From Isurus oxyrinchus (lineage: Eukaryota): a DNA stretch of 64,000 bases. Of this stretch, positions 1 through 12,911 are shown one piece after another. A model generated the notes under the pieces. That model was given only the letters and a program-made list of their open reading frames with translations. It had not been told where the DNA came from and made no database searches. A program made the translations under genes and the position numbers. The stretch's first letter is position 1. Each line of letters opens with the position of its first letter. The DNA lies in assembly GCA_026770705.1 (NCBI GenBank), contig JANJGN010000004.1:101990001-102054000 (forward strand), read 5' to 3'.

Positions 1-375
1 TCCTCTTGAAGCCACTTTGCATCTTCCTCAAAACATACATTCCCACCTAGCTTTGTGTTAAACCCGGACTTGGAAATATTACATTTGGCCCCTACATCCA
101 AATCATTGATATATATTGTGAACAGCTGGGGCCCAAGTACTGACCCCACTACTGACAGCCTGGCAACGCAACAAAGACCCATTTATCCCCACTCTCTGTT
201 TTCTGTCTGTCAGCCAATCCTTAATCTATGTCAGTATATTACTCCCCATCCCATATGCATTAATTTTGCTAACCAAACTCCAACTACTTCATCAAGCATG
301 ATTTCCCATTCATAAATCCATGTTGATTCTACCCAGTTCATTATTAACCAAGCGTCCATTTATCATATCCTTTAT
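1..375 (-). mobile_element. CR1-type LINE reverse transcriptase fragment (decayed)
   Basis: Minus strand of ~85-146 reads GSVLGPQLFTIYINDLDVG, the CR1 RT 'QGSVLGP...ND' block; flanks are similar CR1 sequence with deletions. Confidence 0.6.
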
Positions 376-724
376 AAGAGGATATTAATTCATTTTTAGA
401 CGTGTAAAAGGCGGCCAGAGGAATTCATAAGAATGAATTAAGCATTCAGATCTTAACATTGTGCTGTAGTTTCCAATGCTTCATTCATAATTTTCTGAAC
501 GTCTGTGCAATTTGGCTCGATTTGCAGCATCACTCATTAATCTTTACTGGATAACATGTGGTGCCAAAACAACTGAAGATATCACCTCCCTTTATAAAAA
601 AAATACAAATTGCAGAGATCTGTTTCTGGATACGTTGGCAGGAATGAGAAATCCATACTGAAGCAGAAAAAAACATGTTACTGATGGCATCCAATAAAGG
701 TGAAGATTATAAATAATAAATAAC

Positions 725-1347
725 ACAAAAGCAAAATATTGTTGATACTGAAAATCTGAAATAAAAACAGAAAATGCTGGAAAAACTCATCAGGTCCTAC
801 AACACCTGTGGAGAGAGAAATGGCATTAACGTTTCTAATCCCTATGACTCTTCTTCAGAGCTAAACAGAAGTAGAAATGTGATAAAATTTGTACTGTTTA
901 AGGGGGTGGAGTAGGTGAAGCTGGATAGGTCAGCGATAAATGGGGACTAAGGAGAGATTAACAAAGATGTCATGGACACAAGACAAAGGGAGTGTTAATG
1001 GTAGTGGTAAAGACGAAAGAAGGTGCTGATATTGGCCTAAAGGTAAGAAAGCAGAATGTGTGAATAGCAGAACATGAGTCAGCACTCTGTGACAGATAGC
1101 CCTTTTGGGGGTGGGGTGGGGGGACGGGGTGGTGGTTGGGGAAAAAGGATAGAAAAAGGGATAAAAAGGGGGGTTTAAAAAAGGATAAACAATGAATCAA
1201 TGAATAAAAATTAAAATAAGTAAATAGAAAATAAAAATAAATTTTAAAAAAGGGATTAATAAGGGGTGAAGTCAGTGGATAGAGTTCACAGTCTGAAGGC
1301 TGTTGAACTCAGTGTTAAGTCCAGAAGGCTGTAAAGTGCCTAATCGT
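725..1347 (-). mobile_element. Penelope-like element 3' end / pLTR (older subfamily)
   Basis: Homologous to the ends of the PLEs at 28047, 47887 and 53543: terminus AAAACAGAAAATGCTGGAAAAACTCA and the last codons of the GIY-YIG ORF (~RLGTLQPSGLN) at ~1300-1347. Confidence 0.75.
826..862 (-). ncRNA. Minimal type-I hammerhead ribozyme (degenerate stem II)
   Basis: Reverse complement reads CTGAAGA-A-GAGTC-ATAGG-GATTA-GAAACGTT: canonical CUGANGA and GAAA boxes, palindromic stem III, partly mismatched stem II. Confidence 0.55.
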
Positions 1348-2641
1348 ACCTAAAGGTGAAGTATATGCCTGATGCAAGGTAGGTTACGATTAGCCCATGA
1401 CTGTCATCTGGCGTGTTGTCCCTATGTGGGTGTTTCTGCAGTAGGGGACACAATTCAACAACATATAACTCTCTACTGACCTGGATCCTACAAAGGCAAG
1501 TGATCATCAGTTAGTCATACCTTGCAGTCAGACATTCCCTTTGTTCATCACAGGCATGTATTCATGTAGCGCCACTGAAACCATAGTATACCAATGTTTC
1601 CAAGGGAGCACCTGTCATAATGCCAATTAAGCATTCACATATCTTAATAGTGTCATTGGTTGTGACATTCCTGTTTCCTTTTAGGAAGAGGGACCTTCAC
1701 TTGCACTAATTAGAGTGGACTAGCCATCTCTGCTTAGAGGCGTTGATACGTGGATCCCAGTACCTTGGCAAGCGTACCTTTCACATTGCCTGACCTGCCT
1801 GGAATTCTACTCCAGACTCTTTCCTCTTTCTTTCAGACACCTCAGATACAGCCACTCCCACTGTCAAAGCTCTTGGTGCCAATAATGGTACTGGAGCACA
1901 AAAGAAGATGAACCATCAGCACAGAGGCTCATGGAAGTGCCAGCAAAAACAAACAGAAAATAAGCAAAGTACTAAAACAAAACAATTAATAATTCAATCT
2001 TTCCACCTATGTCATTTAAATCAGCCAATACCCATGAAGTGCTTCAGAGATGAAGACTTGTAAATCGAAATGTCAAGAAATGGCATTTGGGACATTCCTA
2101 CCTCCTAATTAATATGTAAATGAAGTGGTGTGTGGTGTAATTTCCGGGGGGAGAGAAGATGCATCTGCCTTAAACAACTGGGAGATGCATTTAAATTTCT
2201 TACAAGTGACTGCACCATTTAACAGGTATCAGGCAGTGCAACTCTTTATCTTGGCCTAGATTTTTGTTGTGGGGATAAATCTAATCACATCTTCTGTTAG
2301 TTAGACTTGCTGTTGTATGTATATATTTTTAAATTTTAACGCTCCTGAAATTGCAAATTGATTGTGACACAGCAAGGGAAATCATGTACCTGGGACATGA
2401 GTGAACAAGTAAAGCAATCTCCCTAACCAACCAAGATTGAGGGATTGGTACAACAGCACAAGGACTGAGAAAGAAGTGTAAGTTAGAAAAAGTGGATTTA
2501 ATACCAATCATTTTGAAAATCTCCAAAAATTAAAACCTGAAAGAATGAGACTCCATACATGTAATATTTAATTTTCAGTACAGAAAGGTTGACTGGCAAC
2601 AAATAAATAAACATTGAGTGTTGTTGAAAAAAGAGAATTGC

Positions 2642-2675
2642 TGTCAAAGCTTTTCATCTTGCACTCATCAGGACA
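2642..2675 (-). ncRNA. Minimal hammerhead ribozyme (PLE family 2)
   Basis: Reverse complement is TGTC-CTGATGA-GT-GCAAG-AT-GAAAAGCTTT-GACA: stem I TGTC/GACA, 2-bp stem II, AAGCTT palindromic stem III. The position-17 base appears to be U, probably from CpG decay. Confidence 0.65.
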
Positions 2676-3105
2676 ACAGCACAAGGCAAACCAGCAGTAA
2701 AGGGAACAACAATTTATACTGTGTGAGAAGAATGTAAGATTATCAGTTGGTCTCGTAGTATGGCTCACGTACTTATGTTAGACACCTCATATATTCACAA
2801 ATAGGGCCCTGTCCTTTGCAGACAGAAGGAACATGACCATGCATTACACCTTTTCCAACTAAACAAAAGCTTGGGCAACTGCCATTCTCTGGTTCATTCC
2901 CCATGGCAATGTCTTGACCAATTAAAGTTGATCTGCCTGGTTTTAATTTGAAACAAAAGCTTGGCAGTTAAGAGTCAACTGTTCCCTTTTGCATTCTCAA
3001 TGGCAATGCCTTTGCCAATCCGAGTCCACTTGCCAACCAATTAGCACTCTCTTCTTGTGCAGTATAAATTGTTGCTCCCTTTATTGTTGGGTTATCTTGC
3101 ATGGT

Positions 3106-3138
3106 TGTCCTGATGAGTGCATTATGAAAAGCTTTGAT
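3106..3138 (+). ncRNA. Minimal hammerhead ribozyme (PLE family 2)
   Basis: TGTC-CTGATGA-GTGCATTAT-GAAAAGCTTT-GAT; inverted partner of 2642-2675. Confidence 0.6.
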
Positions 3139-3539
3139 TATATGTCTCCCCTTTCAGCAATACTCAAGTTTTGTACTATCAATTGATTACTGAACAACTT
3201 GTCAAAGAGGGACTTAGACTGGAATGGACAAAATTTAAATTTCTGTGGCGAAGTTAATTCATATTGACAGTGCAAATAAAGCAACTTTATGCCATTTAAT
3301 GCATTTCAATGATGGAACAGGCAGAGAGATGCCGTTATTGTGAAGCTAACAGTGGATTGGGACACATCTGAGACAGCAGCTTTGGATATTTGATTTTAAA
3401 CATATAGCTGCCCTCACCTGAAGTTGCTGTCTCATTTGCACATATATAGAAGTAAGAGCCACTAGCCTCAGTGTTATTTTTCAGGAAAAAAACATATTAT
3501 TAAATATTTGTGTACTTGCCTGGTGGTTGTCTTTGAAAG

Positions 3540-3885
3540 TGGTTCCCATTAGCTCCACAAGGTTATCCAGTAAAAATCTGACTCATTAAAGCCAAGAAGC
3601 TAACCAATTCTCACCCTTCCCTCACCTATGCTGACACCACTGATCTTGACCTGATAAGGTTGAGCATTCTCTGGTGACCTTCTCACATGGAAGGTCACAT
3701 TTATGGCTACAATCCGAGAACAGGGTCGGACGTGTACACACGGCCCTTTGTTATTCAACAGTCCATCGACAATGACAGTCAATTTCACATTGAATAATAG
3801 CAGCTTGAGTGAGGGGCTTATGGAGCTAAGCATCAGCTGGCATTCAGAAGAGTGAGGGGAGGAAATAGGCAGAGAAAATAAACAA
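3540..3885 (+). mobile_element. Old SINE-like repeat (possibly DeuSINE-related)
   Basis: Loose similarity to 34640-35030 (…TTGAATAAT…CAACTTG(G/A)GTGAG…) and an A-rich 3' end; family assignment is tentative. Confidence 0.3.
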
Positions 3886-4321
3886 TTTCTCTCAAATTGC
3901 TTCTGTTAACTGAAAATGACATTCACATGGATATTTTCAGAAGTAGTCTCTGCTTTGTTAGATGTGTGATAAATGATAATTGCCAACTGAGTTTTCAAAG
4001 CATTCATTTAATTGTTTGACAGTAAATGTTGTGCTTACCCAAGCATTCAATAATATGGCATTTATCACATTCTCCACAATAAACATTGCAATTAATAGCA
4101 ATCAGTAAATTTTCCTGGTTTTCAGATCCCATGAGAAGTTACAGAATCACAGAATCTTTACAGGGCATAAGGAGGCCATTTGGGCCATCGAGTCTACACT
4201 GGCTCTTTAAAGAACATTCTGCCATGTTCTGCCTGCCTTTCTCACCACCCTCTGGCTTTACATGGTAGGAGAGTTATTGCAATACTGCAAATGCTCCTAC
4301 CTCCAGTCCGTCATTGTTAGA

Positions 4322-5185
4322 GCATAAGAAATAGGGACAGGAGTAGACCATTCGCCACCTCCCCCCCAACCCCCCCATCCAAGCCTACTCCGCCATTCAG
4401 TAAAATCATAGCTGATGTTCTTGTGTTTCGATTTCCACATTGCTATATAACCCGATAGCCTTTGATTCCCTTGCCTAACAAGAATCTATCTACCTCTGCC
4501 TTAAAAATATTCAATGACCCCACCTCCACCGTCTCCTGAGGCAGACAGTTCCAAAGTCACACAAACCTCTGAGAGAAAAAAATTCTCCTCACCTCTGTCC
4601 TAAAAGGTGACCCCTAATTTTAAAACAGTGTCCCCTAGTACTGGACTCACCCAGAAGAGGAAATATCCTTTCCACATCCACCTTGCCAAAGCCATTCAGG
4701 ATCTTGTATAATTTCCCACATTAAACTCCATTTGTCAGATCTTTGCCTACTCACTCAACCTATCTATATCCACCTGCAACCTCCTCATGTCCTCTTCACA
4801 ACATACTTTCCTACCTATCTTTGAGTCATCTGCAAATTTAGCTACCATTTCTTCACCCTCCTCATCTAAGTCATTGATATAAACCGTAAAATGTTAAGGC
4901 CTCTCCACTCATCACATCCTGCCCATTAGAGAAAGACCCATTTATGCACACTCTCTGCTTTCTGCCAGCCAGCCAGCCAATCTTCTATCCATGCTAACAT
5001 GTTACCCCTTGCACCATGTATTTTTATTTTCCACAATAACCTTTGATGTGGCACCTTATAAAATGCCTTCTGGAAATCCAAGTACAGTACATCTACAGGA
5101 TCCCCTTTATCCATAGCTCATGTTACTTCTTCAAAAAACTCCAATAAATTGGTTAAACATGATTTTCCTCTCTCAAAAGCATGCT
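4322..5185 (-). mobile_element. CR1-type LINE 3' portion with internal deletion
   Basis: ORF 4926-5114 (DKGDPVDVLYLDFQKAF-KVPHQRLL) is CR1 RT. The 3' UTR ends in the family's CATAAGAAATAGG…GGAGTAGACCATT tail (as seen on the + strand). Confidence 0.8.
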
Positions 5186-5748
5186 GTTGGGGCTCAGGGA
5201 TAAAGTTTTTGGGATAGTTGGACAGAAAGACACAGAGAAATATTTGTAATATTTAGAATAAGGGTTAGCACTGTTTATCAAGTCCAAAGCAGACAGATTT
5301 TAGGATAAAAAACCTGACAAAATTGGGTGCCTTCCGCAGTATTTCAATCCAGTCAGCTATATGATGACAAGCCAGCTCTTTGTTTAAATACCCTGGCTCC
5401 TGATTCTGAGTTGTACTATCCTTGGATCCTATGATTCTACGACCTGGAGTGTACTGGCTGAAAGCAGATCCAATAGTAACTTTCAAAAGGGAATTACAAA
5501 AGGAGACAAGTGCCTTGGGGCATTTTATTCTGTTAAAGACTTAATATAAATATAAGTTATCATTGCTACATAAACACTTCATGGAATTACTTACAACACA
5601 GAAGCAGACAGGCCATTTGGCCCATTGTGCCTGTGCTGATCCTTTGAAAGGTCAATTGCACTTAGGCCTGTACCACTGCTTTTTGTCCATAACCCTATAA
5701 ATTCCTCATCCTCAAGTATCTGGTCAACTTCCTTTCACAATTATTTAT

Positions 5749-6393
5749 GGGGCGGAATCTTTAGCCCAGTGTTTGGGCACGCACCCAACTCAATTGGACA
5801 CAAAAGCACACGAGATAACATCGGGCAAGCGTCCCGACATCACCCTGCGCTTGCGTGATATTTTGGCCGGCAGGCGAGCGTAAAAATCAGAAGCGCGCCC
5901 GCCGACAATTAAGAGGGCAATAAACGGAACAATTCACTCCTATTTCTCGTGGTCCATCCAACAACCCTCTGGGCGAATTGGCCAGGCTGCTTTTACATTT
6001 TTCATGAAACCTCACTCATGGGTGGGATGAGGTTTCCGTTACTAAATGAAAGAAAGATAAAAATCAATGGGCAGCATTTTTATCAGGTGACTGACTGTGA
6101 AACTGGCACACTTTTTCCCCTGATTTTTAAAACTTTATTTAATGCTTTTCAGGTCTTCAGCTCCCCGAGGCAGCTCCCTGCCTTCAGGGAGCTTTCGGTC
6201 AGTGCTCGCATACGGCCGCACTGACATCAATGCCCACCCTGCTCCCACCCCCACCCCGGCAGCGCTGAGCTTCTCAGCACGCATTTCATGTTGGCTGGTC
6301 AGTAATTGGTCTGCCAGTATAAAGTTGCGGCTGGGGACCGACTGCAGTCGGGGGTCTGTTACCAGGCCCACCAATCATGCCCGCCCACCAACC
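5749..6393 (+). mobile_element. Non-autonomous Harbinger derivative (MITE), right TIR lost
   Basis: Starts GGGGCGGAATCTT. The first ~300 bp resemble the left ends of the Harbingers at 15006 and 60153 and the inverted MITE at 51710-52412. It interrupts a CR1 3' tail. Confidence 0.65.
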
Positions 6394-8134
6394 TAATGGA
6401 ATCATCTTTGGCCAGCTTTTTGAGTAACAAGCTCTTGACCCCAGACAACTCCCTGAGTGAAAACATTTCTCCACACCCCCCTCTATATTTTTTTGCCACT
6501 TGAAATGGAAAAAAAAAAGTTAGACTATGGGGAAAGAGCAGGAGAACAGAATGAATTGGATAGCTCTTTCAGGGAGCCGGCGCTGACACAATGGGCCAAA
6601 TGGCCTCCTTCTGAGCTGTAACATTCTATAATTCTTCAAGTGCAGCTTAACCAGTGACCATTAAAGGGAAGTAATGGGTAATAACTTACACTTATGTGGA
6701 GCTAAGAGGAGCAAAATAAGTGGCCTATGCCCAACCCAATAACACCTCCAGTTCATTTCCACCCCGCACCAAAGACCTACCTGTAGGCCAATGATGCTGG
6801 CCAATTTTCTGGAGGCACCCTGCTGGTGACTGCCTTGTGATGCCTGATTGGCAACTACAGTTGCCTGTTTTATGAAGTCGAATGTTCTGAATGGTCCTCA
6901 GTCCAACCTGAATTGGTTACATGCTTTTACTTCAGATTCCTTTTGCAGCATCTATTTTGTGGCAGTTTTTGGTGTTGCTCCACTTCTGCAGTCCGTATGT
7001 TTACATTTTAATTCCACAGTTCCTAGTTCATACTTTCTCTCCCTGATGCTGTTACTGTACTTCATTTTGAGGCCATTGGAATTGGTACAACTTTGCTGTG
7101 TGCATTGCAATCCCAGGCAAAAAAAATCTATTGGAAACATTTACAGCCTCAAGTACATTAAAAAAAAAAGTTTTGAAAACCTACTGCAAAAGTGCATTAA
7201 CTATGCAAGGCACAACATGGTCATTGTTGTTTTATGAGTGCATAAAATTTCACTAGCAAATTGGTAGCTAATTTTCCACTCTGATGATTTTCCTTCAATC
7301 GAAAGAAAAGTCAGATGAGGTACATAAGATGAGACTGACAACCTACCACTGTTTTTACAGCTCTACCAAGTTTCAAAATGATCAGATATTGAATGAGATG
7401 CAGGGATTAGCAGGAGATGAAAGCAAGTCATTCAGGATGGGGACAGAATAAACCATGAAATGAGAACATGACTTTAACCATCAAGTTAGCTCCTCTCTAG
7501 CCTTATCCACCCAATTTATCTGATATGTAGTTTCCTTGGAATAAAATCTTACTCTTTATGATGGATCCTTACTGTCCTGCAAAGATTGCTTTATTTTGAT
7601 TGAGTTTGAGCAGACAAATTGGACTATGAATCAGGCAAGTTATATTACTTTCAAATGAATCAGCCTCTGCATATTGTCACTATAACCTGTTGAAACTAAA
7701 TAGCTCTTATAATAAAAGGAAGATACATCAATGTGAAGAGAATGTCAATATTTCCCGTACATCAAATCTTAATAATTAATTCTTATCATTCTCTCTCCAG
7801 GCACAACTACTTCAAATCAATAATTACTTCACTGCATTATGTATTCTCATTTCTCATCAAATCCAAACCCAAGGCTTTTATAATTAGTTCTGGTTAATGC
7901 CAATGTTACGGCAATCTTTAACAGTGGGAGACAACACCCTTCCACTTTCACATTGCAGCTGTATATTGTTCATGTATGCGCCTACATCTATGTCATCTTC
8001 CCACTTAGATGACTCTAATTGGATCAAATTGTTACAAATTGCAGAAATTAATTTATCCTTCCCATGAAACTGTTCCAAAAATAAAAATTCTGCATTTAAT
8101 TCCTTGTGCTGAGCCACTTATCTCAGCAATGGTC

Positions 8135-8545
8135 AGCATAACATTACTGAAAAGTGAGACATGTTGCCAAAGCTTGTTGTTTTGCATCATCAGGATAAAC
8201 ACAAGAATGCCAAACTTCAAAAGTATATACTAAAAGGTACAATGCTTGAACATATTCCTTTTGTTTGCAGAGAACAGGTTCCTGCATATGAAGCCAGGTG
8301 TAAATGAGCCATGTTATGAGCTTGACTCATTTTCTTAAATTGGTGGTTAGCGCATTCAGGATTGTTCAGCAAGTACTACCCAATCACAGATTCACATCTA
8401 CCAGTAGACATTTTGTTTTGGGTTTTTCAAGCACAAGCTGGTTAAGTATGGTCCGTACTCTGCCTATTACAAAGCGCTGGAGGAGCATGTTGTTTGATTC
8501 GATCAGCCAATTATTGGGACGTATGACCTATGTAAGTGGCATAGT
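8135..8545 (-). mobile_element. Penelope-like element family 2, GIY-YIG remnant with degenerate hammerhead pLTR
   Basis: Minus strand reads YIGHTSQ*LADRIKQH…CESVIG*YLLNNPECAN…PVLCKQKE. A decayed CTGATGA…AAGCTTT motif lies at ~8165-8195. Confidence 0.7.
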
Positions 8546-8659
8546 AAGTTCTGTACTCCCAGCGACTGTCATCATAGTGGCAGTATAATTGACCTCAGAC
8601 TAGGGGGTGGAAAGAGAATCAAATATTACTATCCAGAAAATAGTAGATGATGTAGAACT

Positions 8660-9645
8660 CACTGTTTTTGAGTCAAGCTGGCATTTGGCCAAGTGTGGCA
8701 TTAAGAAGCTCTCATGAAACTGAAGTCAATAGGGATCGGTTGAAAACTCTCGAGCGGCTGCCATCATACCTAGCACTGTGAAAGATGGTTTCAGTTGTTG
8801 CATGCCGATCATCTCAGGCCTTGATCATTGCTGCAAGAGACCCTCAGGACATGTCCAAGACCCACTACCTTCCATTGCTTCATCAATGACCTTTCATCCA
8901 CCATAAGCTCAGAAGTGGAGATGTTCATTGATGATGGTCCAGTGTTCAGCTCCATTCACAATTCCTCAGATAATGAAGCAGTATAAACACTTCATCATGC
9001 TATTTAATAGCATTTCCATTGCTGAATACCCCAATATCAATATATTGTGGCTCGCCATTGGCTAGAAACTCAACTGGACCAGCCACACAAATACCATGGC
9101 TATACTCAGCAGGTCAGAGACAGAGTATTCTGCACCGAGTGACTCAACTACTGATTTCCCAAGGCCTTGTTATCACCTATAAGGCACAAGTCAGGGGTGT
9201 GATTGAATACACTTCATTTGTCTGGAGAGGTACAGCTCCAATACTCAGAAAACTTGACATAACCAGGAAAAGCAAACCACTTGGGAGGAACTACATTCAC
9301 TGCCTTAAACATTCACACCTTGCACCAACAGCATATTGTGTCTGCAACATCCTACTTACAGGAAGCAATGCAGCAATTCAAAAAGGCCTCAAGTCCACAA
9401 ACTCCATCACCTAGGAGGACAAGTGCAGGAGATACACTGATACGCCATCACTCACAAACTCCCTACCAAGTCGCACACCACCCTGATTTGCACATATACC
9501 ACTGTTCTGTCGTCATCACTCAGTCAAAACCCAGGAACCCAGTACCACCAGCATATGGACTATAGCAGCTTAAAAGGCAGCTCACCACTACCTTCCCAAA
9601 GGCATGCTATCTTGCCAGCTACACCCAGAACCTGAAAATGAATGT
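8660..9645 (+). mobile_element. CR1/L2-group LINE, decayed RT to 3' end
   Basis: Motifs ~FINDL, YKAQVRGVIEY and LNIHTLHQQ match the minus-strand copies at 10865 and 44986; ends in a GAATG/A-rich tail. Confidence 0.75.
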
Positions 9646-12163
9646 TTAAAAAAGGGTGAGGAAAATACCTGCTTAACTGCAATGGTTGTTGTAATCTGAT
9701 TGCCTGCCAAAATATGCTTCCAAGGTATAATGGGCACTTCTCCCATGCATAGTAAAGTTCCTTTCACAGCAAAGGTTTGCTTTGTCTCTCTGTAATCAAG
9801 GCAGATAGCGGGCATGACTGCCAGGTTAATTTATAGTACGGTCACGAAAAAAATAGAATACCGCTCAAATGATTATACTGCTTCCCAGATGCTTAATAAT
9901 TCCTGTTTCTTAAAACGCAAATCAACGTAAGTGTATGGAATCTGATAATGTGCAGTCAGCAGGCAAACCAGTCACACAGACACTGAAGTGCTTCAATTGA
10001 TGTATCTTGAAATGTTCATAAGTGACAGGTTTGATTCCTGAAAACTCGTAGTTGGTTGTTAGTTTAAAATTACAACTTAATAATTGATGGTTCATTGACA
10101 CTCTAAAAGCCAATTACATTGGTAGGAAATGGAGTAGGTGTTGATTTTCTTGCAACCATCTCCCATGAGTTAAGCAGCTGGTCTAGGATTGATGAGTCGG
10201 TAGAGGCTTGGTAGGCCTCAACAGAAAATGAATGCCAACTGATCTTTCCCAGAGTTCAGTGGCAATCTAAATAATGAAAAAGATGATAAAATGCCCCTGG
10301 GGACAGATACAGAGGTTGTTGGCTTGGGAAACAAAAAAAAATGAGCTGCTGCCTGAGAAAGAGGGAGCTGAACTGAAGACCCATCTCAGATTAAAACTAT
10401 CATTAGTCTTTATAATTGCACAGCTGATAACCAATACGAGATATTTAAATATGAAGATGTGCTTGTTTTAAATATGAATGAAATGCAGGGGATCAAGCAA
10501 TTTGTCCACTTTACATATGTAGCTAAGGCCTGGAAGAGTCAGAGTCATATGGCACACTGATCTTTGCCTATGAATTGCCACTCAGACCAGACAACAGCAA
10601 ATACATTGAATTTTTCACTGTTACAGGCAATGTGCTGATCACACATTGATATTCCAGGTTGTAATTGTTCAGTGATGTGCCTACTGCTTGGGAAGTTCAT
10701 TAAAACTAAATAATTCACATGAACGAGCGGATGCTATTCCTTCCTCATTCTGCTATTTTCTATTTCTGCTGGAGCAGTTAGTTCTGCCTTTTCAATTGTT
10801 TGACTCAGCAGTGTATCTCTTCCCACAATTTTATAGAGTGCTTTTCTTGAGCCAGTGAACTTTGATTTTTTTTATTGTTTCACAGGGTGTGGACATACTT
10901 GGCTAGGCCAGCATTTATTGCCCATCCCTAATTACCCTGGAGAAGATAGTGGTGAGCTGACTTCTTGAACCGCTGTAGCTCATGTGGTATAGACACCCCC
11001 TCAGTGCTGTTGGGGAGTGAGCTCCAGGATCTTGACCCAATGACAGTAGACAAAAAAGGCAATATAGTTCCAAATCAGGATAGTGTGTGGCTTGGAGGGA
11101 ACCTTGCAGGTGGTGATGTTCCCATGCATCTGCTGCCCTAGTCTTCTAGATGATAGAATTTGTGGGTTTAGAAGGTGCTGTTGAAAGAGTCTTGGAGAGT
11201 TGCTGCAGTGCATCTCATAGATAGTACACACTGCTGCTACTGTGCATTGGTGATGGAGGGAGTGGATGCTGAAGGTGGTAGATGTGGTGCCAATCAAATG
11301 CCCTGGATGGTGTCAAGCTGCCTGAGTGTTGTTGGAGCTGCACTCATCCAGGCAAGTGGAGAGTTTACTATCACACTTCTGACTTGTGCCTTCTAGGTGG
11401 TGGACAGGCTTTGGGGAATCGGGGGGTGAGTTACTTACCACAGGATTCCTAGCCTCTGACCCTGTCTTGTAGCCGTAGTATTTATATGGCCAGTCCAGTT
11501 CAGTTTCTGGTCAATAGTTACCCCAAGGATGTTGATAGTCGGAGATTCAGCCACATTAATGCCATTGAATGTCAAGGGGCAATGGTTGGAATCTTCATTA
11601 TTGGAGATGGTCATTGCCTGGCACCTGTGTGGCACAAATGTTACTCACTACTTAACAGCCCAAGACTGAATGTTGTCCAAGTCTTGCTGCATTTAGGCAC
11701 AGGCTGCCTCAATATCTGAGGAGTTGTAAATGATAATCAACATTGTGCAATCATCACTGAACATCCCCATTTCTGACTTTATGATGGAGGGAAGGTCATT
11801 GATGAAGCAGCTGATGATGGTTGGGCCGAGGACACTACCCTGAGGTACTCATGCAGCGATGTCCCAGGACTGAGATGATTGACCTCCAACAGCCACAACC
11901 ATCTACCTTTGTGCTAGGTATGACCCCAACCAATGGAGAGTTTTCCCCATGGTCTTCGGTTTTGCTGGGGCTCCTTGATGCCACGCTTGGTCAAATGCTG
12001 CTTTGATGTCAAGATCAGTCACTCTCACCTCACCTCTTGAATTCAGTTCTTTTGCCCATCTTTGGACTAAGGCTGTAATGAGGACAGGAGATGAGTGGGC
12101 CCTGGCGGAACCCAAACTGAGCACCAGTGAGCAGATCATTGCTATGCAAATGCCACTTGATAG

Positions 12164-12911
12164 GCCCCGCAACTTTCCTTTCAATTCCTAATCGCTGAGA
12201 CATTTAACAATTGGAATCCAGATGATGGATACACATTCTTTGGCAAAGGTAGTGGATAAGTAAGAGTCATATGACATGGGAATATGGCTTGTGGAACAAG
12301 CAATATTGCCTTGTTGAACTGCATTGTCTCAGTCGGCTGTTTACCATCTGATCAGCAGCCTCATAAAAAAAGAGCTGTGCACAGGTTGAACACTTGCCCC
12401 ATCTACATTGCTTCTTTTGGAAGTTCTGTGCCAGCGCCTACAAGACTGATTCATCTCTACATGTTTATTTCAACATGTGAAGTCAACACCAGCAGAAAAG
12501 TAAGTTCTACCACACTGGTTATCAATGGAGGCCTGCTAACCCCCGTGAAGGGATACCTCATTGGACTTTGATTCTGAACTCTAGCACCCATGTGAAATAA
12601 TATTTTTTTTTTCTCTGTGGTCTCTGCACTATAAATCTTTCTTGTCTCTATCTCCCTTTTTAGGGGGATGTTGCAAACCCTCCTTTTACATTTTGAGTGT
12701 GTAAAAATATACTAATCCTTTGAGTTCATCCTAACTCGAGTTTGCCATGGGGTTATTAATAGATAATTGGATTGCACCAAAACCGAGGGCTTGGGAAATA
12801 CGCCACTGCTTATAGAGTGGGAAACAAATCAAAACATCTTTCTGTTTAAGGATGGGTGGTAAGAGGAGAAATTAGTACTGTTTAAATTAACCTCCTCCAT
12901 CTCTAGTAACA
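12164..12911 (+). mobile_element. LTR-like fragment inside LINE
   Basis: Non-LINE sequence ending …CTCTAGTAACA, the TAACA terminus shared with the solo LTRs in this window; left end and TSD not visible. Confidence 0.4.

Larger units (their letters stand above)
2612..3183 (+). mobile_element. Penelope-like element, second family: inverted pLTR + endonuclease C-terminus + pLTR
   Basis: ~2612-2750 is the reverse complement of ~3033-3167. Between them the + strand reads ~ISWSRSMAHVLMLDTSYIHK*GPVLCRQKEH, which matches the C-terminus of the YIG-containing copy at 8135-8545. Confidence 0.75.
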
